Part shown: one piece after another, positions 1 to 12,425 of the stretch
Layout of the letters: every line of letters starts with the position of its first letter
How positions within the stretch are numbered: position 1 is the stretch's first letter
DNA from: Eutreptiella sp. 'Long Island Sound 2002'
Lineage: Eukaryota; Protista; Euglenida
Direction of reading: 5' to 3'
DNA: 64,000 bases
Assembly: GCA_964036045.1 (NCBI GenBank)
Contig: OZ038378.1
Coordinates: forward strand, 32,674,001 to 32,738,000
Notes under the pieces: generated by a model
What the model saw: only the letters and a program-made list of their open reading frames with translations
Told to the model about the DNA's origin: nothing
Databases searched by the model: none
Translations under genes and position numbers: made by a program

Positions 1-2200
1 ACGGAAGATGCACAATGCTGCCACGGAGCGCCTACAATCCCGCATTGACGACCTGCAAGTCCAAGTCACCAAGATGAAGTAGACCCTGAATCGCAACCGC
101 ACTGCCACGGAAGGAGCGGGCAGCGTAGACACGCGCATCCAGCCAGCTGTGAAGACAGTGCTCTCTCTCGCTCACAAACTTCCTCCCCCGGGCACGCAAG
201 TTTGTGATGCCTTGCCGTCGGCTTTGGAGAAGCTCCGACCTGCCAATTGTCCGCGGATTCACAAGCATCATGCAGCATGGCATCCGTCCCTGCCGGTCCT
301 TTGGACAGCCTGGTTGGCGGGGGGATCTCTGGCCTTTCAAGATTGGAAGCTTTTCTTTGCAGAGTTTGATTCCACGCTCGAGATTGCCTCTGCCGGCTGC
401 AACCCCGGTATCGAAGTCTCCCTGGGAGTCCTCCATCATAGATCTGACGGGCACCGACGACCCAGTACCCTCAGCCTCGCCGATGCCAGCAAGAGAGTCG
501 CTGTCCCTGGACGCGACGGCCCCGGTAAATCGCGAAACCGGTCGCACTCCTGATGCCTTGCCTCTAGTGTTAAACGGGTTTCTCACCTTGCTCAACACGG
601 CAGACAAAAAAAAAGTTGGCGGCCTTGCCCGTGCCTTCCACTTAGCCATGCAGCTGGCGGGGTGTGGCGTGCCCAACTTCCCACATGATTCACTGCGGCG
701 ACAGTGGGAGCGCCTTCGGGCCTCCTTGCCGTTGAGGCCAACCGTCACGCAAGCGGTCGCGTATTTCGTCAAGGCCCATCCACAGGATGACCCCTCGGTC
801 CCGGCAGCCGGCCAACATCCGGCAGTGCAAGCGCACAAATCCAATCAGTCCACGGGTAGTCGGCGTTCTGGGGGTGGGCTCATTCTGATCTGGCAGATTT
901 CCAGTGGGCTGCAATGTCCAATGGACTGCTGTCTCAGACCCCCCTTCCCAACCACTGTGTGCGAGAGTGCTAGCTGGCTTTCTGCGTTCCCATTTTCACG
1001 ATAATCTTTGCACCGTGCTGGATGAGTATGTCCGGGCGGAAGTTTCCTTTTCTAACCTAGGGGTCGCGAAGAGGCTCGGGCGCCGGTAGAGCAAGGGAAT
1101 ACAGTCACAAGGGGAGGCTGGAGAGTAGAGTGGCAGAAGTCAGCCATGGACCCTCTTCACCAGAGGGAAGGTCGGCTCTGCATAACGATCCGCCCCGAGC
1201 ACGTCCGCCGTGCCCACACCCTGCAGGAGTGGGGCAGTGGCGGCGCCCCCCGCCCTCGCCCGTGGGCCCACGAGTGGCTCCGATGACGGAGACCGGCGCC
1301 GACACAAATGGTCCCGCTCAGAGACGGGAGAAGGTTCTCGCTCTCCTTCCAGGGAGCGCAAGCCTCGCCGGCACGGCGGGCCGCGCCGGTCTAGGTCCCG
1401 GTCCCCGCAATCGCGCTGGCCACAGCACGTGGATTCCTACTATGGGGATGAGTACCTGCGCAACACTTTAACTTCCTCCACAGGACCGCCCTTTCAGTAC
1501 GGGCCAGCCTACCGATACCTGCCGGCACACAGTGGCGCGACCACACCCACGCCCGCCCCCACATACTAGACACTCCCCCCCGCGTTGGGACATAGCCTGC
1601 TCCCTTCGCTGGGAAACGGGCCGACCACGTACCCAAGGTCGGCCGGCACCCCACAATCGTGACCTCGTTACACGGTTGACCAGTTTTTCCGTCCTCAGGA
1701 TCCGCCGGGTTCCCTACCACCTGCGGCGGAGTGTGTGCTGCAGTTACCCCATGAGGCGCGCAACCAACAGTGGGGGTATGTGGTCAATCAACACCAGCTG
1801 ATGGGACACGTGGCGCTCCCCATCCCTTTGGCCTCCCTGGTGCCTGCACCAGGGGCTCTGACTAATGTCACACTTATTCGCGCAAGGCTTTGATTACTTT
1901 GGTTGCGCACGCAATGGAGCTCGCATTGTGTGGTGTAACAGCCGTTTGGTGAGGCGTTATCGCGTCTACAAGACCGTTTTGCACGAGAGCGGACGTTTCC
2001 ATTGGAAGAAGGGAGGGTGCACTACCTCCCCTCTGAATTTTTTTCCAGGGCCAAACTCAGCCTGGCACCAGTTACCACAATGTCTCTCACCCTTCTGTGA
2101 CGGTGCCCAACCCCGTTACCCTTAGACGCCTCTTGCAGAAATTGGGGGGCCCAGTGCATGGGTCCTTGCGCGAGTTACAAGGGGCCTTGTCTTCGTTGCA
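1..2200 (+). pseudogene. ORF1/gag-like region of the LINE (coiled-coil, Pro/Ser-rich and RS-rich segments)
   Basis: Frame 2 reads ERLQSRIDDLQVQVTKMK (coiled-coil like); ORF 204-1004 is protein-like; ORF 1210-1569 has RRSRSRSPQSR. Lies directly upstream of APE. No diagnostic domain recognised. Confidence 0.45.
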
Positions 2201-2246
2201 GACGTTGGAGAATGATTCTCACCGGGAGGGTGCAGTCCCCGCGGCC

Positions 2247-3006
2247 ATGCCGGCTGGGTTTGACTTGCTAACGCTGAATGTGGAACACACCGTCAAGACC
2301 AAGGTGGTAGCTTTAATGCAGTTACTTCAGTGGGCTAAATACCCGGTAGTGGATCTTTTGCAAGAAACGGGGGCACTGCCCCCTCGCTTTTTTTTTCGCT
2401 ATCTGGCTTGGCACACTTTTACAAAAGTTGCCTCCTCTTCTGCTGGGGTGGCCATCGTGGTGCGTCGTGGTTCTCACCTCCACCTTGGTGATTTCATGCA
2501 CCATCCGGAGGGCAGAGCCATCGTATTAGAACTTGTCTACAACGGCATGCCGATACAAGTTGTCAATGTGTATATGTCTGCCAAGGGCACGGCCAAGGAG
2601 TATCGTCCGTTGCTGCACTGGCTGCGTGCTCATGTCGCTCCAGACTCAGGGTTCGTCCTCATGGGGGGGGGGGGATTTCCAATGCAACCCGGCGTAGTCG
2701 GCGGATTGTCTGTCCGTCAACACCGAAATCATTCGAGTTCTGTCTCAGTTTGTTGCTGATATGACTCTGCTTCCGTTCACCCATGGCATGTCTAGTCCCA
2801 CATGGATTAGTGCGCAGGGTTTCGTTGGTGCTTCGGACTTTTTCCTTAGCCGTCGTGTCTCTGTGGAAGTTGGCATTGTTTGTGTGGAGAATGAGTCTGT
2901 CTTTCCGTCGGACCTTTATCCGGTACGACTGAGGTTGCACACCCTTCCGGCGCTGGTGCCACCCGGGAATCCCGCCTCCAGGGCGCGGTTTCGCTTGGGC
3001 ACCTAA
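2247..3006 (+). pseudogene. Apurinic-like (APE/EEP) endonuclease of LINE ORF2
   Basis: Motifs LLTLNV, LLQET, AGVAIVV, EGRAI, VVNVY, then GG(D)F frameshifted in the G-run at ~2663-2675, then ASDFFL and PSDLYP (SDH-like). Confidence 0.9.
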
Positions 3007-3559
3007 GTCTGTAAATGGCAACAGGAGACTTTTGCGGACAGTTGTGCAGGCCTCCGTTCCCTCCCTCCGGCTGCCACGTGAGATTCATATCAGCATTTTG
3101 TCAGTGTCCTCACCACCGCTGCAGAGTCGGTCTTCGAACAACCTGGTACCCTGGACACCATCCCTGGCTTGGTGTCTGCGGCAGCGCGGGTCCTGCACGC
3201 GCTACTCAAAGCGCACCGCCGCTGGTGGCTCACCGCGCATCTAGTCCGAAAGGTGGTTGCCGCCCGAAAAGCAATCAGACAAGTGTGGGAAGTGGTGGGG
3301 CTAGAACGGTCCCTAGAAGTTGTCCCCTTGGCCCGACCTGGGGAGGTTAAAGGCCCCGCCAAGTCGGACTACCGTCCGCTCTTGCGGAAGCCCTACACGG
3401 CACGCATCGAGCCCACCTACGTTAGCTGCCGGCTGGTCCCCCCGAAGTACAAGCTGCGGTGGGTGTCGATCGGTTCCGCGCCCGTCATTCACGCCCCATT
3501 CTCCGCTGTACTCAAGAGGAGCTATGTGCCGTGGTACCCTGGAGAACGGCCGTCATGCC

Positions 3560-4493
3560 TCCTCTAGTGGTTACCATTGACTCTGTCAAATGGGTGTTGC
3601 GTAAGGCGCGGAAGTCCACACCTTTCGGCGATTTGATCCAATACTGCATGATTGAGTGGTTGCATGACACAGAGTCGCAGTGGGTGTTTGAGTTTTTGCA
3701 GGGTATGTCCCCTGGAGTCCCCTTACGGGCTCTAGTTGATGGTGACTTTTATGCTCTCCCGGCCAAAGCGCCACACGGGCCCATTGTCAATGCGCCCCGT
3801 CTTCGGAATTTTACCACCATGTGGAAGCTGTTCGGGGCGCACATAGCCCACCAGTACGTACCCCTCCTGGCATGGGCCGGAGTGCTGCCGTGCACTCAGT
3901 TCACATTGCATGCCTCTTCTAGTGTGGCAGATTTACTTCGCGTGCTGCATGACTATATCTGGTTCCGTTTCTTCCTGCGGCGTCGTGTGTGTTTGGTAGT
4001 GGACGATGTGCGGCACGCATATGGGTCCGTTGTGCACAACACTTTGCGGTGGCTCTTGAAACTCGCCGGTTTCGCGGATGCGGTTGTCAAGTTACTTCTT
4101 CTTGCCACCACTGAGGCCACCGTACAGATGGGTGGGTCCAGTGGCGTCACTGAAGCACTTCCTCGGTTAGTGGCGGGTGTTGCGCAGGGTTGCCCGGCGT
4201 CAGCCATGGTTTTTTGCGTAGTGGCGGAGGTGCGCGCCTTTCTTGCGCGCGCTGGTGGACAGTTCAACCGGTTCGGATACATGGATGACACCACATGGCG
4301 CCTCGATTTAGAGTCTGACCTTCCTCTATTTGCAGAAAAGGTGCAGCGTGCAGTACTCAAGACAAATCTTTTCTCTGCTGGCCCCAAGCAACTTTTGGTA
4401 GTTGCCTCTCGTGAAGGCTTTCAGGTCACTTTTCATCCGGTGTCTGTGTACATGGGTGGGTCGCGCATGCCAGACACGGACCTGGGTACGTGA
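3560..4493 (+). pseudogene. Reverse transcriptase domain of LINE ORF2
   Basis: ORF 3459-4493: LVVDDVRHAYGSVVH (DxxKAFDSV-like), GVAQGCPASAM (GVxQGCPLS), FGYMDDT (YxDD). Confidence 0.93.
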
Positions 4494-6093
4494 GTATTGT
4501 TGGCCGGCATTTGTTCCCTCACCTCTACCACCAAGTAGACAAAGTTAAGCTTTTTAGTGCCAGTCGTGGTGCCGCACGGGCCCTTGCCATGGTCCGGTTA
4601 CCTTCCAACTACCGGGCCAGATGTACAGTGCCGGCGCCGGCGGCCAGCAACGCTGGCAGGTGGGGGTCCACGCCCCGACGTACAACTCCATGCGGGTGGC
4701 GGACCAGGCTGCGGCGTCGGTGCTACGTGCGGGGTACGGGGTGGCATGCCCTCCCGTTAGCCCAATTTTTCCAGCCCCTGGCCTCCGGCTAGGTGGGGAT
4801 CGAACCGGCTGTAGTTACCGTCATTAGTCAGTTTTTGCAGACCTATCAGAAGCAGTTGCGCCACGCGAATGACATGGTTAGGCACAGCAACCAACACGGT
4901 CTGTACGAGGCAATGCAACGCTTCCACCCGGATATGCCTTTTGTTCGCCGCGGCCTTTCCATTTATTGCAGGGTCCACAACACGGACCACGACAGGTTTG
5001 TACAATACATGCAATTGCTCTGCTTTTGCATCAGCCTGCGCCCGGTCCGCCCTGCAATGGGGGCGAGTCATGTCATGTGTCGGGCGGAACAACCCTAGCA
5101 AGCCCCTGCCATCCACGAATGGATGGACGCAGGCTACTTCAGCCTACGCGATGCCCATTCAGCCGGTGGGCCACTAGCGCCGTGGCAACGGGGCCTGGAG
5201 GACCTCCCCCCACAGCACGGGGTGTCGGTGCCTTTGCAACCGGAACTGCCTGTTGTGCTATCTGTGGCTTCCAATTGTGCCTTTGTCACACATGGTTTGT
5301 GGTTCCCCTCCCAGTGCTGTGGAGAGGCCTTCGTGGTTGTTTGTTTGGACACCCTCACGTGGTGGTCTACCCAGTTTCTGTCCCCTATCACCTGGACCAC
5401 TCCTACGCAGTGAAAGTATATACTTCCTAGGTGCTCTGCCGCGTCCGACACACTCTGCTTACCTCGGGAGCAGCTGCTTGCGCCACGGCACGCAGCTTGC
5501 GAGAAGGCGAAGGCTTGACCGACTCCCGGTCCTACATACAAGCGCTCGGCAGCCGCCGCCCTGCCGAGCTGGGCGAAGGGCCGGTTCACCTCTTGCTATC
5601 CGACTGCATCCAGCTAGCCAGTCAGTTTCCTCCACCCCAACATCTTTACTCTTACCAGCAGGGCTATTTTCTAGACTCGGTTTTGAATGATGTAAATAAG
5701 GCGGCCAAAGCGCAGGCACTGCGCCAACCTCACCCTGTCCCAGACGGGTATATCACGAGCCTGCAAGATCCACAGCCCGCCTTTAGCGGAGATGGCGTGC
5801 AGTGGCACAATGCTAGCACGGTGCAGTATCGCCAGTTGCGCCAACTCTACACATGGCAACAAGATGTAGTGTACGCCCCTAAGGTGGTGTCCTTTGCATA
5901 CTATGCGACTTGTGTTGCGCCCGGCACGCTCTCGTGGGGAGACCACTTGCGCATGGTCACCTTGCGCCATGCCCTAGGTGCTGCCATAATCACCCGATGT
6001 GCGTTTTGTGACGCGGTGCTCACCGCGACTCACTTCCAGGAAGACTGCCGCTACAACCGAGTGTGGTATGCTGTACACACAGATGGCTTCTGA
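4490..6093 (+). pseudogene. Post-RT region of ORF2 ending in a CCHC zinc knuckle
   Basis: Fragmented ORFs 4490-5098, 5123-5413, 5431-6093; CAFCDAVLTATHFQEDC (Cx2Cx7Hx4C) at 5998-6048. Confidence 0.75.
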
Positions 6094-7102
6094 CATACGT
6101 CGCATAAGACCGGAACGATTCGTCTCTTTGCCCACCTGGAATATTCGTTCAGTGGGGAGGGATGTATCTAGGCATAACCACAGGTAGCGATGCCGTTTGC
6201 CCGGTACCACACATGTGTTGGATAACCCTGTCCGTCACCGGTCGCGTGCTTCCTGCGTCAGAAAAGGCGATGGTCCGGCATGGGGCCATGCCTCAACAAG
6301 TGAGAAGGTTTCTAGTGGCTTTTTGGAAGGCAGTGCTCCGGATGTCCAGCACTGCTCACCCCCCTCAGCTGCGAAGTGAGGGCGACTAGAATCGGGCGCC
6401 CGACAGGCGTTTGACTACTTACATCCCGGCCGGCACTGCCCGGCGGCGGGACATGGGCATCTACAGCCACCGGAATCCTCCCATGTCCCCCCAGCATTGC
6501 ATCTGCATCTTTGGCATCACATCTCCGGTGTGGCCATCTACGTCCCGGACGGACGCATGGCACACACTTGGGAGTGGAGAGGATCTATATTGGTATCACT
6601 CTAGACCACGGCTAGCGTAATACACTCAGTAGTCGCGTTTCGTCCAACAACGGGCTGTGGTTTGCTATGTGGTAGACCTTCTTGAAGCGGAGGCGGCTAG
6701 GGAACTCAGACATTGCCAATGCTGGTTTGTTCTGCAGTATGGCACAGGGCCACACCGCTTGCCGATGATACTCATAGAGACTGTGCGCCTATGCCGGCAC
6801 GTGTCCGGCAGTGGTGGAGCAGCTGGTGGACATGCGGTGCATTCGCACTACACGGACTTACGATTGCATTGCGAATGACTTCAGGTTGATGAAAGTCGGC
6901 AATGCGCCCTGTACTGGCTGCGTGTTTGTGCCTTGCCCTCACTTACCAGCTGGATACATCAAGACTCCTCAGGGGACGGCAGCACAAGGGACCCTCAAAC
7001 ACGGCTAGAGAATTCACCCAGCGGGCACACAAGGTACAAAGAGGGGCTACGGACACCCGTAAGGGGGCGAGACACTGCGGCACAGTGCAACGGCAGAGGA
7101 GT

Positions 7103-7495
7103 TTAGACCTCCCAAGCATGTACACTACCAGGAGGGACGTCGGTCACCCGACTCACCCGGCAGCCGAAAACCACAGGTTTTCCTCGGCGGAAAACTTGTG
7201 TCCCTTTTTTACCCCCACAACCAAACGGTGGTACCCGAGTGGGGAGGGCGGGTCCGAGCCAAGCTCCAACCCATATCATAGCAGGTGCGACTCCTGCAGA
7301 CCCACCACCACCACGGCCACCGTCTATGGGCGTGAGGACGATCTGGCCCGTGTCCGGGAGGTGCTTCACCAGATACTCGGCTCCTAGTTCCCCACAGACA
7401 ACGTCCTGCAATGTCCTCAAGCGGCCGGCCCGGTGCTGCCTGGATTTGATATGGGCAAAGGCCTTCTTCCCCTTGCCGCCACTCCGACGTCCCAT
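7103..7495 (-). CDS. Small basic hypothetical protein (MGRRSGGKGKKAF...)
   Basis: ATG at 7495 after a T-rich tract; protein-like composition; lies downstream of dioxygenase gene 1. No domain recognised. Confidence 0.35.
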   Translation of the reverse strand: MGRRSGGKGKKAFAHIKSRQHRAGRLRTLQDVVCGELGAEYLVKHLPDTGQIVLTPIDGGRGGGGSAGVAPAMIWVGAWLGPALPTRVPPFGCGGKKGTQVFRRGKPVVFGCRVSRVTDVPPGSVHAWEV

Positions 7496-7559
7496 GACAA
7501 AAAACACTGACAATAGGCAATAGACAATGCGTGTCAATTTGCAATGTCGAGAAAGTGAG

Positions 7560-7945
7560 ACAAAGTCGGCGACATTGGCAAACACCGCACAACAAAAAAA
7601 TTGAACAAGCACCCCATGCGTTGGGAACCAGCATTAAACACAAATATTGAATAAATTCGCGCGAAGTTCGCATAAATCTCAAGACAGCAGTCGGCTGAGT
7701 TGTTCGCGCGTTTGCACAAAATCGCGCGAAGTTTGCTTGTGGGCGTGCATGACCTCACGGGGATCGGGCAGCCAGCAGTGCCATTGCTCTTGAGAATGAA
7801 ATGAAAGGGAAAAGTGTAACTATTCATGCCAAATTCGCGCGAACTGCGCGCGAAATTCGCGCAAAATTTGTGAATCTGCATGCCTGACCGAATGTGAAGC
7901 ATTTGCGAATGCGCAGCACAATGTCGCGAACTTCGCGCGAATACG
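7560..7945. repeat. Cluster of palindromic TTCGCGCGAA-type motifs
   Basis: Multiple copies, e.g. aaattcgcgcgaagttcgc (~7653), aaattcgcgcgaactgcgcgcgaaattcgcgc (~7831), gcgaacttcgcgcgaa (~7927). Confidence 0.8.
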
Positions 7946-7949
7946 GGGT

Positions 7950-9879
7950 AGAAGACAATGCATACCTCACATTCAAACGCGCAGGTCACTGTCCACGTCC
8001 CTTTCTTGGACTCTGTTGCCCGCTTCCATGCCGGCTCAGCGTGGAGCAGCTGCCAGGCGGGGGCAGGGCGCGAGGGGGGCAGTATATCCCCAAGTGCCCA
8101 CGTCACCTCCACGTCCCTGTCCGTTGAATCCCCCTTCACGACCTCCATATCGTACGCCCCATTCCACATCAAGATGCCCCCCGCGTGCACGATGACCGGG
8201 GAGATGTCGTGGGCGGAGCGGGAGAGGAACAAGGGGTGGTGTGTGCACATGGGGGGGCCTGTCTCCACCTCGGGGGGGCTGAAGATGTCGTCCACCATGT
8301 CCTTGGTGGCCGGCACGACCCGAGCCTCCAATCCAACCCCCAACAGCAACAGCTGCCCAAAAGTGGGCACGTCCTCCCCGCCCTCGCCGTCCAGCAGGCG
8401 GAGGCAGTCCTTAAGCTCCGGGGGGGGGGGGGGGGTTGAGATGCGTCGTATTCGGCTTAACCCATGAATGACGCCGATCGGGGGTCCAATGCGTGAACAG
8501 TGCCCCCTGCATCTCTTGCGCGGGGCGGGAGGGGAGCCCGTGGTGCCGGGCAGTGCTGACGAGGACGAGGAGTCCCCCTTGTTGGAGGAGGACCTCATCC
8601 CACCTCTCCTCCGTGGCCTCCCCCAGCGCCGTTACCGCCTGGACGTTGATGCGGTAATGGGGGGAGAGGGCAACGAAGGTCGAGATGTGGCAGCTCGAGG
8701 GGTTGCAGTCAGGGGGGGGGGGGGGCAGCATGTATGGGGTAGTCGAAACATCCGTGTGGGGGAGCTGGTCCCCCGACTCAGCACCCGACACCATGATGGA
8801 ACAAGGCATGTCAAACAAGTCTTCAAACGGATCAGGGAAACCGTCGTTGACCCTATTAATAAATTCTATAATAAGGGCACTTGCCATTCCCCTGGTTTTG
8901 GTGGGCTTGGACTGGTACCGCCGAGGGAGAGTGAGGTCCTTCCTCTGCTCCTCCACCGGTTTCACATGGAACACCGGGTCAAAATGTTGAGGAACTTGGT
9001 TCCCCACCGCCCAAATTTCTTCCACCCTCCCCCAGGGGGTCTTGCAGTCCTCCGCGACAAGAATATCGCGGTGAACTATGTAGCCGAGGCCGTCCACGAA
9101 GTTACGAGCCATCGGGGGGGCTGGGCGGTCAGCCAAAACAGAGGGGTGGGCGGTGGCATACGAGGGGGGCCCCTGCAGGGGTGCCCTGCGCAAAGGGGGC
9201 TCGGGCCTAATGAAGGGGGGGGGTCCGTGATTCCCCGATACCAACTGAGCCCCTTCATCCTATGAAGAGTGGGCAGAGTGATATCGGGGATGTGGTGGAG
9301 AGGGGGCACTGACGGGTGGCTGGGCAAGATGCCGAGATCGTCCCACCACTGGGCCTGCACTGCCTGCCATTCAAAAGGAAGGTTAGAGTGGTCATCCTGC
9401 GGCTCACCGGCTGGAAAGTAGTTACTGATGGCAATCATGTCCATCCGCATGGGGCAGTGAAAGAGGCCAGCGGTGGGGTAGATGGCACAGAGGCCGGGCT
9501 TGGGTTTGCCCACGGGGTGCGTGGCCATGATTCCTAGGAGGCCGTCCACGGTTGAACCGGCGGGAATGAGCCGGACGGCCCGCAACCCCGGGAGGGACAC
9601 CTGCAACTCCCGAAAAAGGTGAGTGGCCCAACCTTTTTTCCCAAACCATCCCGCCCTTTCGGGTGTTCGCATGTCAACATGAATCAACTTGGGGGGAGTG
9701 GCCAACCCCTTCGCCCACCCCATCATCTCCTCCATTGCCAGGCCCCCTGTGTACGTGGCCTCCTCCAATGTGCCGGAGCGAAGGGGGATGCCCTGGTAGT
9801 GGCCCACAGTGCCATCGGACGGGTCGGGGAGTGAGAGTGACCCAATCTGGGAAAGGGGATGCGATTGTTGAGTGGACAT
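7950..9879 (-). pseudogene. 2OG-Fe(II) dioxygenase (PhyH/DSBH-like) with N- and C-terminal extensions; frameshifted
   Basis: Overlapping minus ORFs 9076-10017, 8411-9244 and 7534-8598. Core has FVDGLGYIVHRDIL, QLPHTD (HxD, ~8758-8750), STFVALS, LQQGGLLVLVSTARHHG (distal His ~8545). The downstream frame change falls in the G14 run at ~8420-8435. Confidence 0.8.
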
Positions 9880-9949
9880 TTTCACAAAGAAAGCGAAGGT
9901 GAGGTCTGAACAAATGACATGCGACAAGAACAGCATGCTCATGCAAAAA

Positions 9950-10135
9950 TCAAAGGATATTCGCGTGAAGTTCGCGCAAATGTGAATGCGGATACAGATG
10001 CGAATACGATTGCGCACGAGGTTGCGAATGCGAACGCGAAATCAGTTTTTTTTGTGAATTTAAGCTAGATTATGACCGATTCAAGCTACAATTCACCTCG
10101 TTTGAATTTTTATGAAATTTTGGCGAAGTAAGCAC
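9950..10135. repeat. Second TTCGCG/GCGAA motif cluster, upstream of dioxygenase gene 1
   Basis: attcgcgtgaagttcgcgcaaa, gttgcgaatgcgaacgcgaaa; same motif family as 7560-7945. Confidence 0.7.
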
Positions 10136-10959
10136 AGCAAAGCGGCACAAAGACAAGGCGGCCCGGGCAAAACGGGCAAGAAATCAACAAAGTGAGTGTA
10201 CTCATTTAAAAGTTCCGTTCGCAGTGGGTACACCTCCCCCCCTGTATGGAGCCTCTGCTCGGTCCATCCATGGATTGGCCCACAAGATAATATTGTTGTC
10301 TCTGTAATTGTTGCCTATTTAAATGGCCACTGCAAGCAACTTTTTTGGAATGCCTGTCACTTTTGTGTGCATGTTTCTGCCTGCTAGCTAGGAACCCGAC
10401 CTTCAGAGTAAATTTGCAAAACAGAAAGTGACAATTCCTTTGCCCGCCCGGTTACTGTGCAACGGCTGTTAACATATAAGAGGTGGGGGGAATACAGTCA
10501 CATTTAGAAAATGTCGAAACCCAAATGACGACTTAGCCCCAAAATCGGGAAGAACGGCTCGGGCTTTTGGTCTCGTGAGCCCGCATACGTGCGCTTTTTG
10601 ATCATGCTCACAAGGCCAAAATGTTAGCATAGGTCTCCGAAAAAAATGGGAGAAACAGAGTCCACCATATAGCCAAAATGTCTTCAAAAGAACAGAGCCT
10701 CGAAACTTTTGACATGCCCCAGACACAGGATATGGCTTGGCCAGCTTGGCCAAGCAACTGAATTCAGAAACAGTTACAAACTAGAACAACAATAAGTAGA
10801 TGAAACTTTTTAGTATCAGGGTCCTGCGGTGGGAGACTACTAGGCTTAAGCTTTAAGGAAAAAAGGCAAGAAGTGCCTACTTTATTTTGGCATATATCTC
10901 CATGAAGGAAGCTCCCTCTGCTCCATTGAGTGGTCGGGGTGAACTTCATGGAGGGCCAG

Positions 10960-11260
10960 AGTTATTACCCTAGTAACTTTGAAATATGTGCTTAATGCTT
11001 CAAAACGAAGGCAAAAGAGTTAAAACATGAGTTTAAGATAGTTCCCAAAGAATAAGAGGGGGCTTGGCCTGTAACAAGTACCCTATAAAAGACGTGGTTG
11101 GTGACTTTTTTTCCTAGGGCTGGATTTGAAAGATTTTTCATGCACTTTCATCCTATTCGATTTCCAGAATTTTTCATCGGTGCGTTCCAGAGAAAATCGA
11201 TGCGGACATGTCGACTGGACGAACTCATGGTACACATGCACGACGAGTTCTCTCCAAGAA
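10960..11260 (-). pseudogene. Possible C-lobe remnant of the same kinase
   Basis: One minus frame reads G*KCMKNLSNPALGKKVTNHVFYRVLVTGQAPSYSLGTILNSCFN, resembling my recollection of the PKDCC C-terminal segment. In-frame stops; splicing unresolved. Confidence 0.3.
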
Positions 11261-12425
11261 GGTAATGTTCCCCCTTTGCTTTTCATCCATGCCCCTTTCA
11301 TTTGCAACCTACTTGCCCCAGATTCCTAACCAACCCCATTACACACAAAACAGTGCACCACTTGTGCTGATCTCAAGCTACTTAGCCTATTGTTGTAAGT
11401 TTTCATATTAAAACCATCTGCTTTTGTTCATAAACCATTGAAGCATTTGTATATTCTTTGTTGCACTGCACTCCTCTTGTGTTACTCTAGATTCAACAAC
11501 TAATTCGTTCGATCTGATTTTGTGGTCTTCTTGCACGTTGTGTCCAACTTGCTAGCAAGAGGTTTTCCTAAAACCATCAAGCATTGGGGAATACAACAAA
11601 TTCTTTTTGGTAGCAGAGACAAATCCTTGGAGAATCTTTAGACCAACGAGCACCCTATCCAGAAACCTCAAGAGGCACAAGAAGAATCAGTATGTCAGTG
11701 AAACGGTCTGCAAATACAGTACCCTTGAGGTCTATGAATGTCCAGGGCGTCAAGCTTGCCCAAAGCGACAGTAGAATACAAGTGCTCTCTAGATTGGACC
11801 GATCCCCCCACACTCATCCCCTCTGGGAATGGGGGCTTCGCCCCACAGGATTCAGGCCAACCATTTGGTGGCAGGACTAACACACACCCTGGGAGGTGTG
11901 AGGAGTCAACCTATTGCGACTCCAGCTGTGATACCAAGGCGCCCTTTTGTACCGAGGACTGCTCAACCTCCGTACAGTTATGCCCAAAACTCCATTTCTG
12001 GTGCTGTGTTGATGAATAGCAGTGGATGGCAACTTCTTTGGGGGGGGGGGGGGGGGGCAGGGGGTTCATGCGCCATAGCTTCTGCGCGCAACACCTTGTA
12101 GCACAAGGTTTGCTGTACTTGTTGGGTTTGGTTTGCCCTGTGCTGATGCCCACCGGCTGGGTGGGTTTATGACAAAAAACCTCCGGGGATTCAGAACATT
12201 CCCCAAGCCGGTCCTTGAAGCCGACCAGCCTCTGAACAAGCCACGGAACATGACACAGGCAACAAACCGAATATCCCTAGATTGAGCCAAAGAGGTCCGT
12301 CGGGGGGGGGGGGGGGTACAAGCCTCAACAATGGCGTGGACTGTCAAGCGGGACGAGGGGCTGGGAAACGGGCCTCGAAGGGCCCTCCATCGCCCTCAAC
12401 GTGTGTACATTGGAAGGAAAGGGAC

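Larger units (their letters stand above)
1..7000 (+). mobile_element. Decayed non-LTR retrotransposon (LINE, APE-type); 5' end outside window, 3' end uncertain (~6900-7050)
   Basis: Collinear ORF1-like region, APE endonuclease, RT and C-terminal CCHC knuckle on + strand, broken by stops and frameshifts. No poly(A) tail or TSD seen. Confidence 0.88.

Noticed and set aside
6600-7100. RNase H at the LINE 3' end
   Set aside because: No D-E-D-D pattern recognisable in any frame.
11168-11690. Apparent + strand exons (EFFIGAFQRKSMRTC...; RDKSLENL*TNEHP...) with good AG/GT sites
   Set aside because: Splicing them gives an in-frame stop and no recognisable protein; they overlap the likelier minus-strand kinase remnant.
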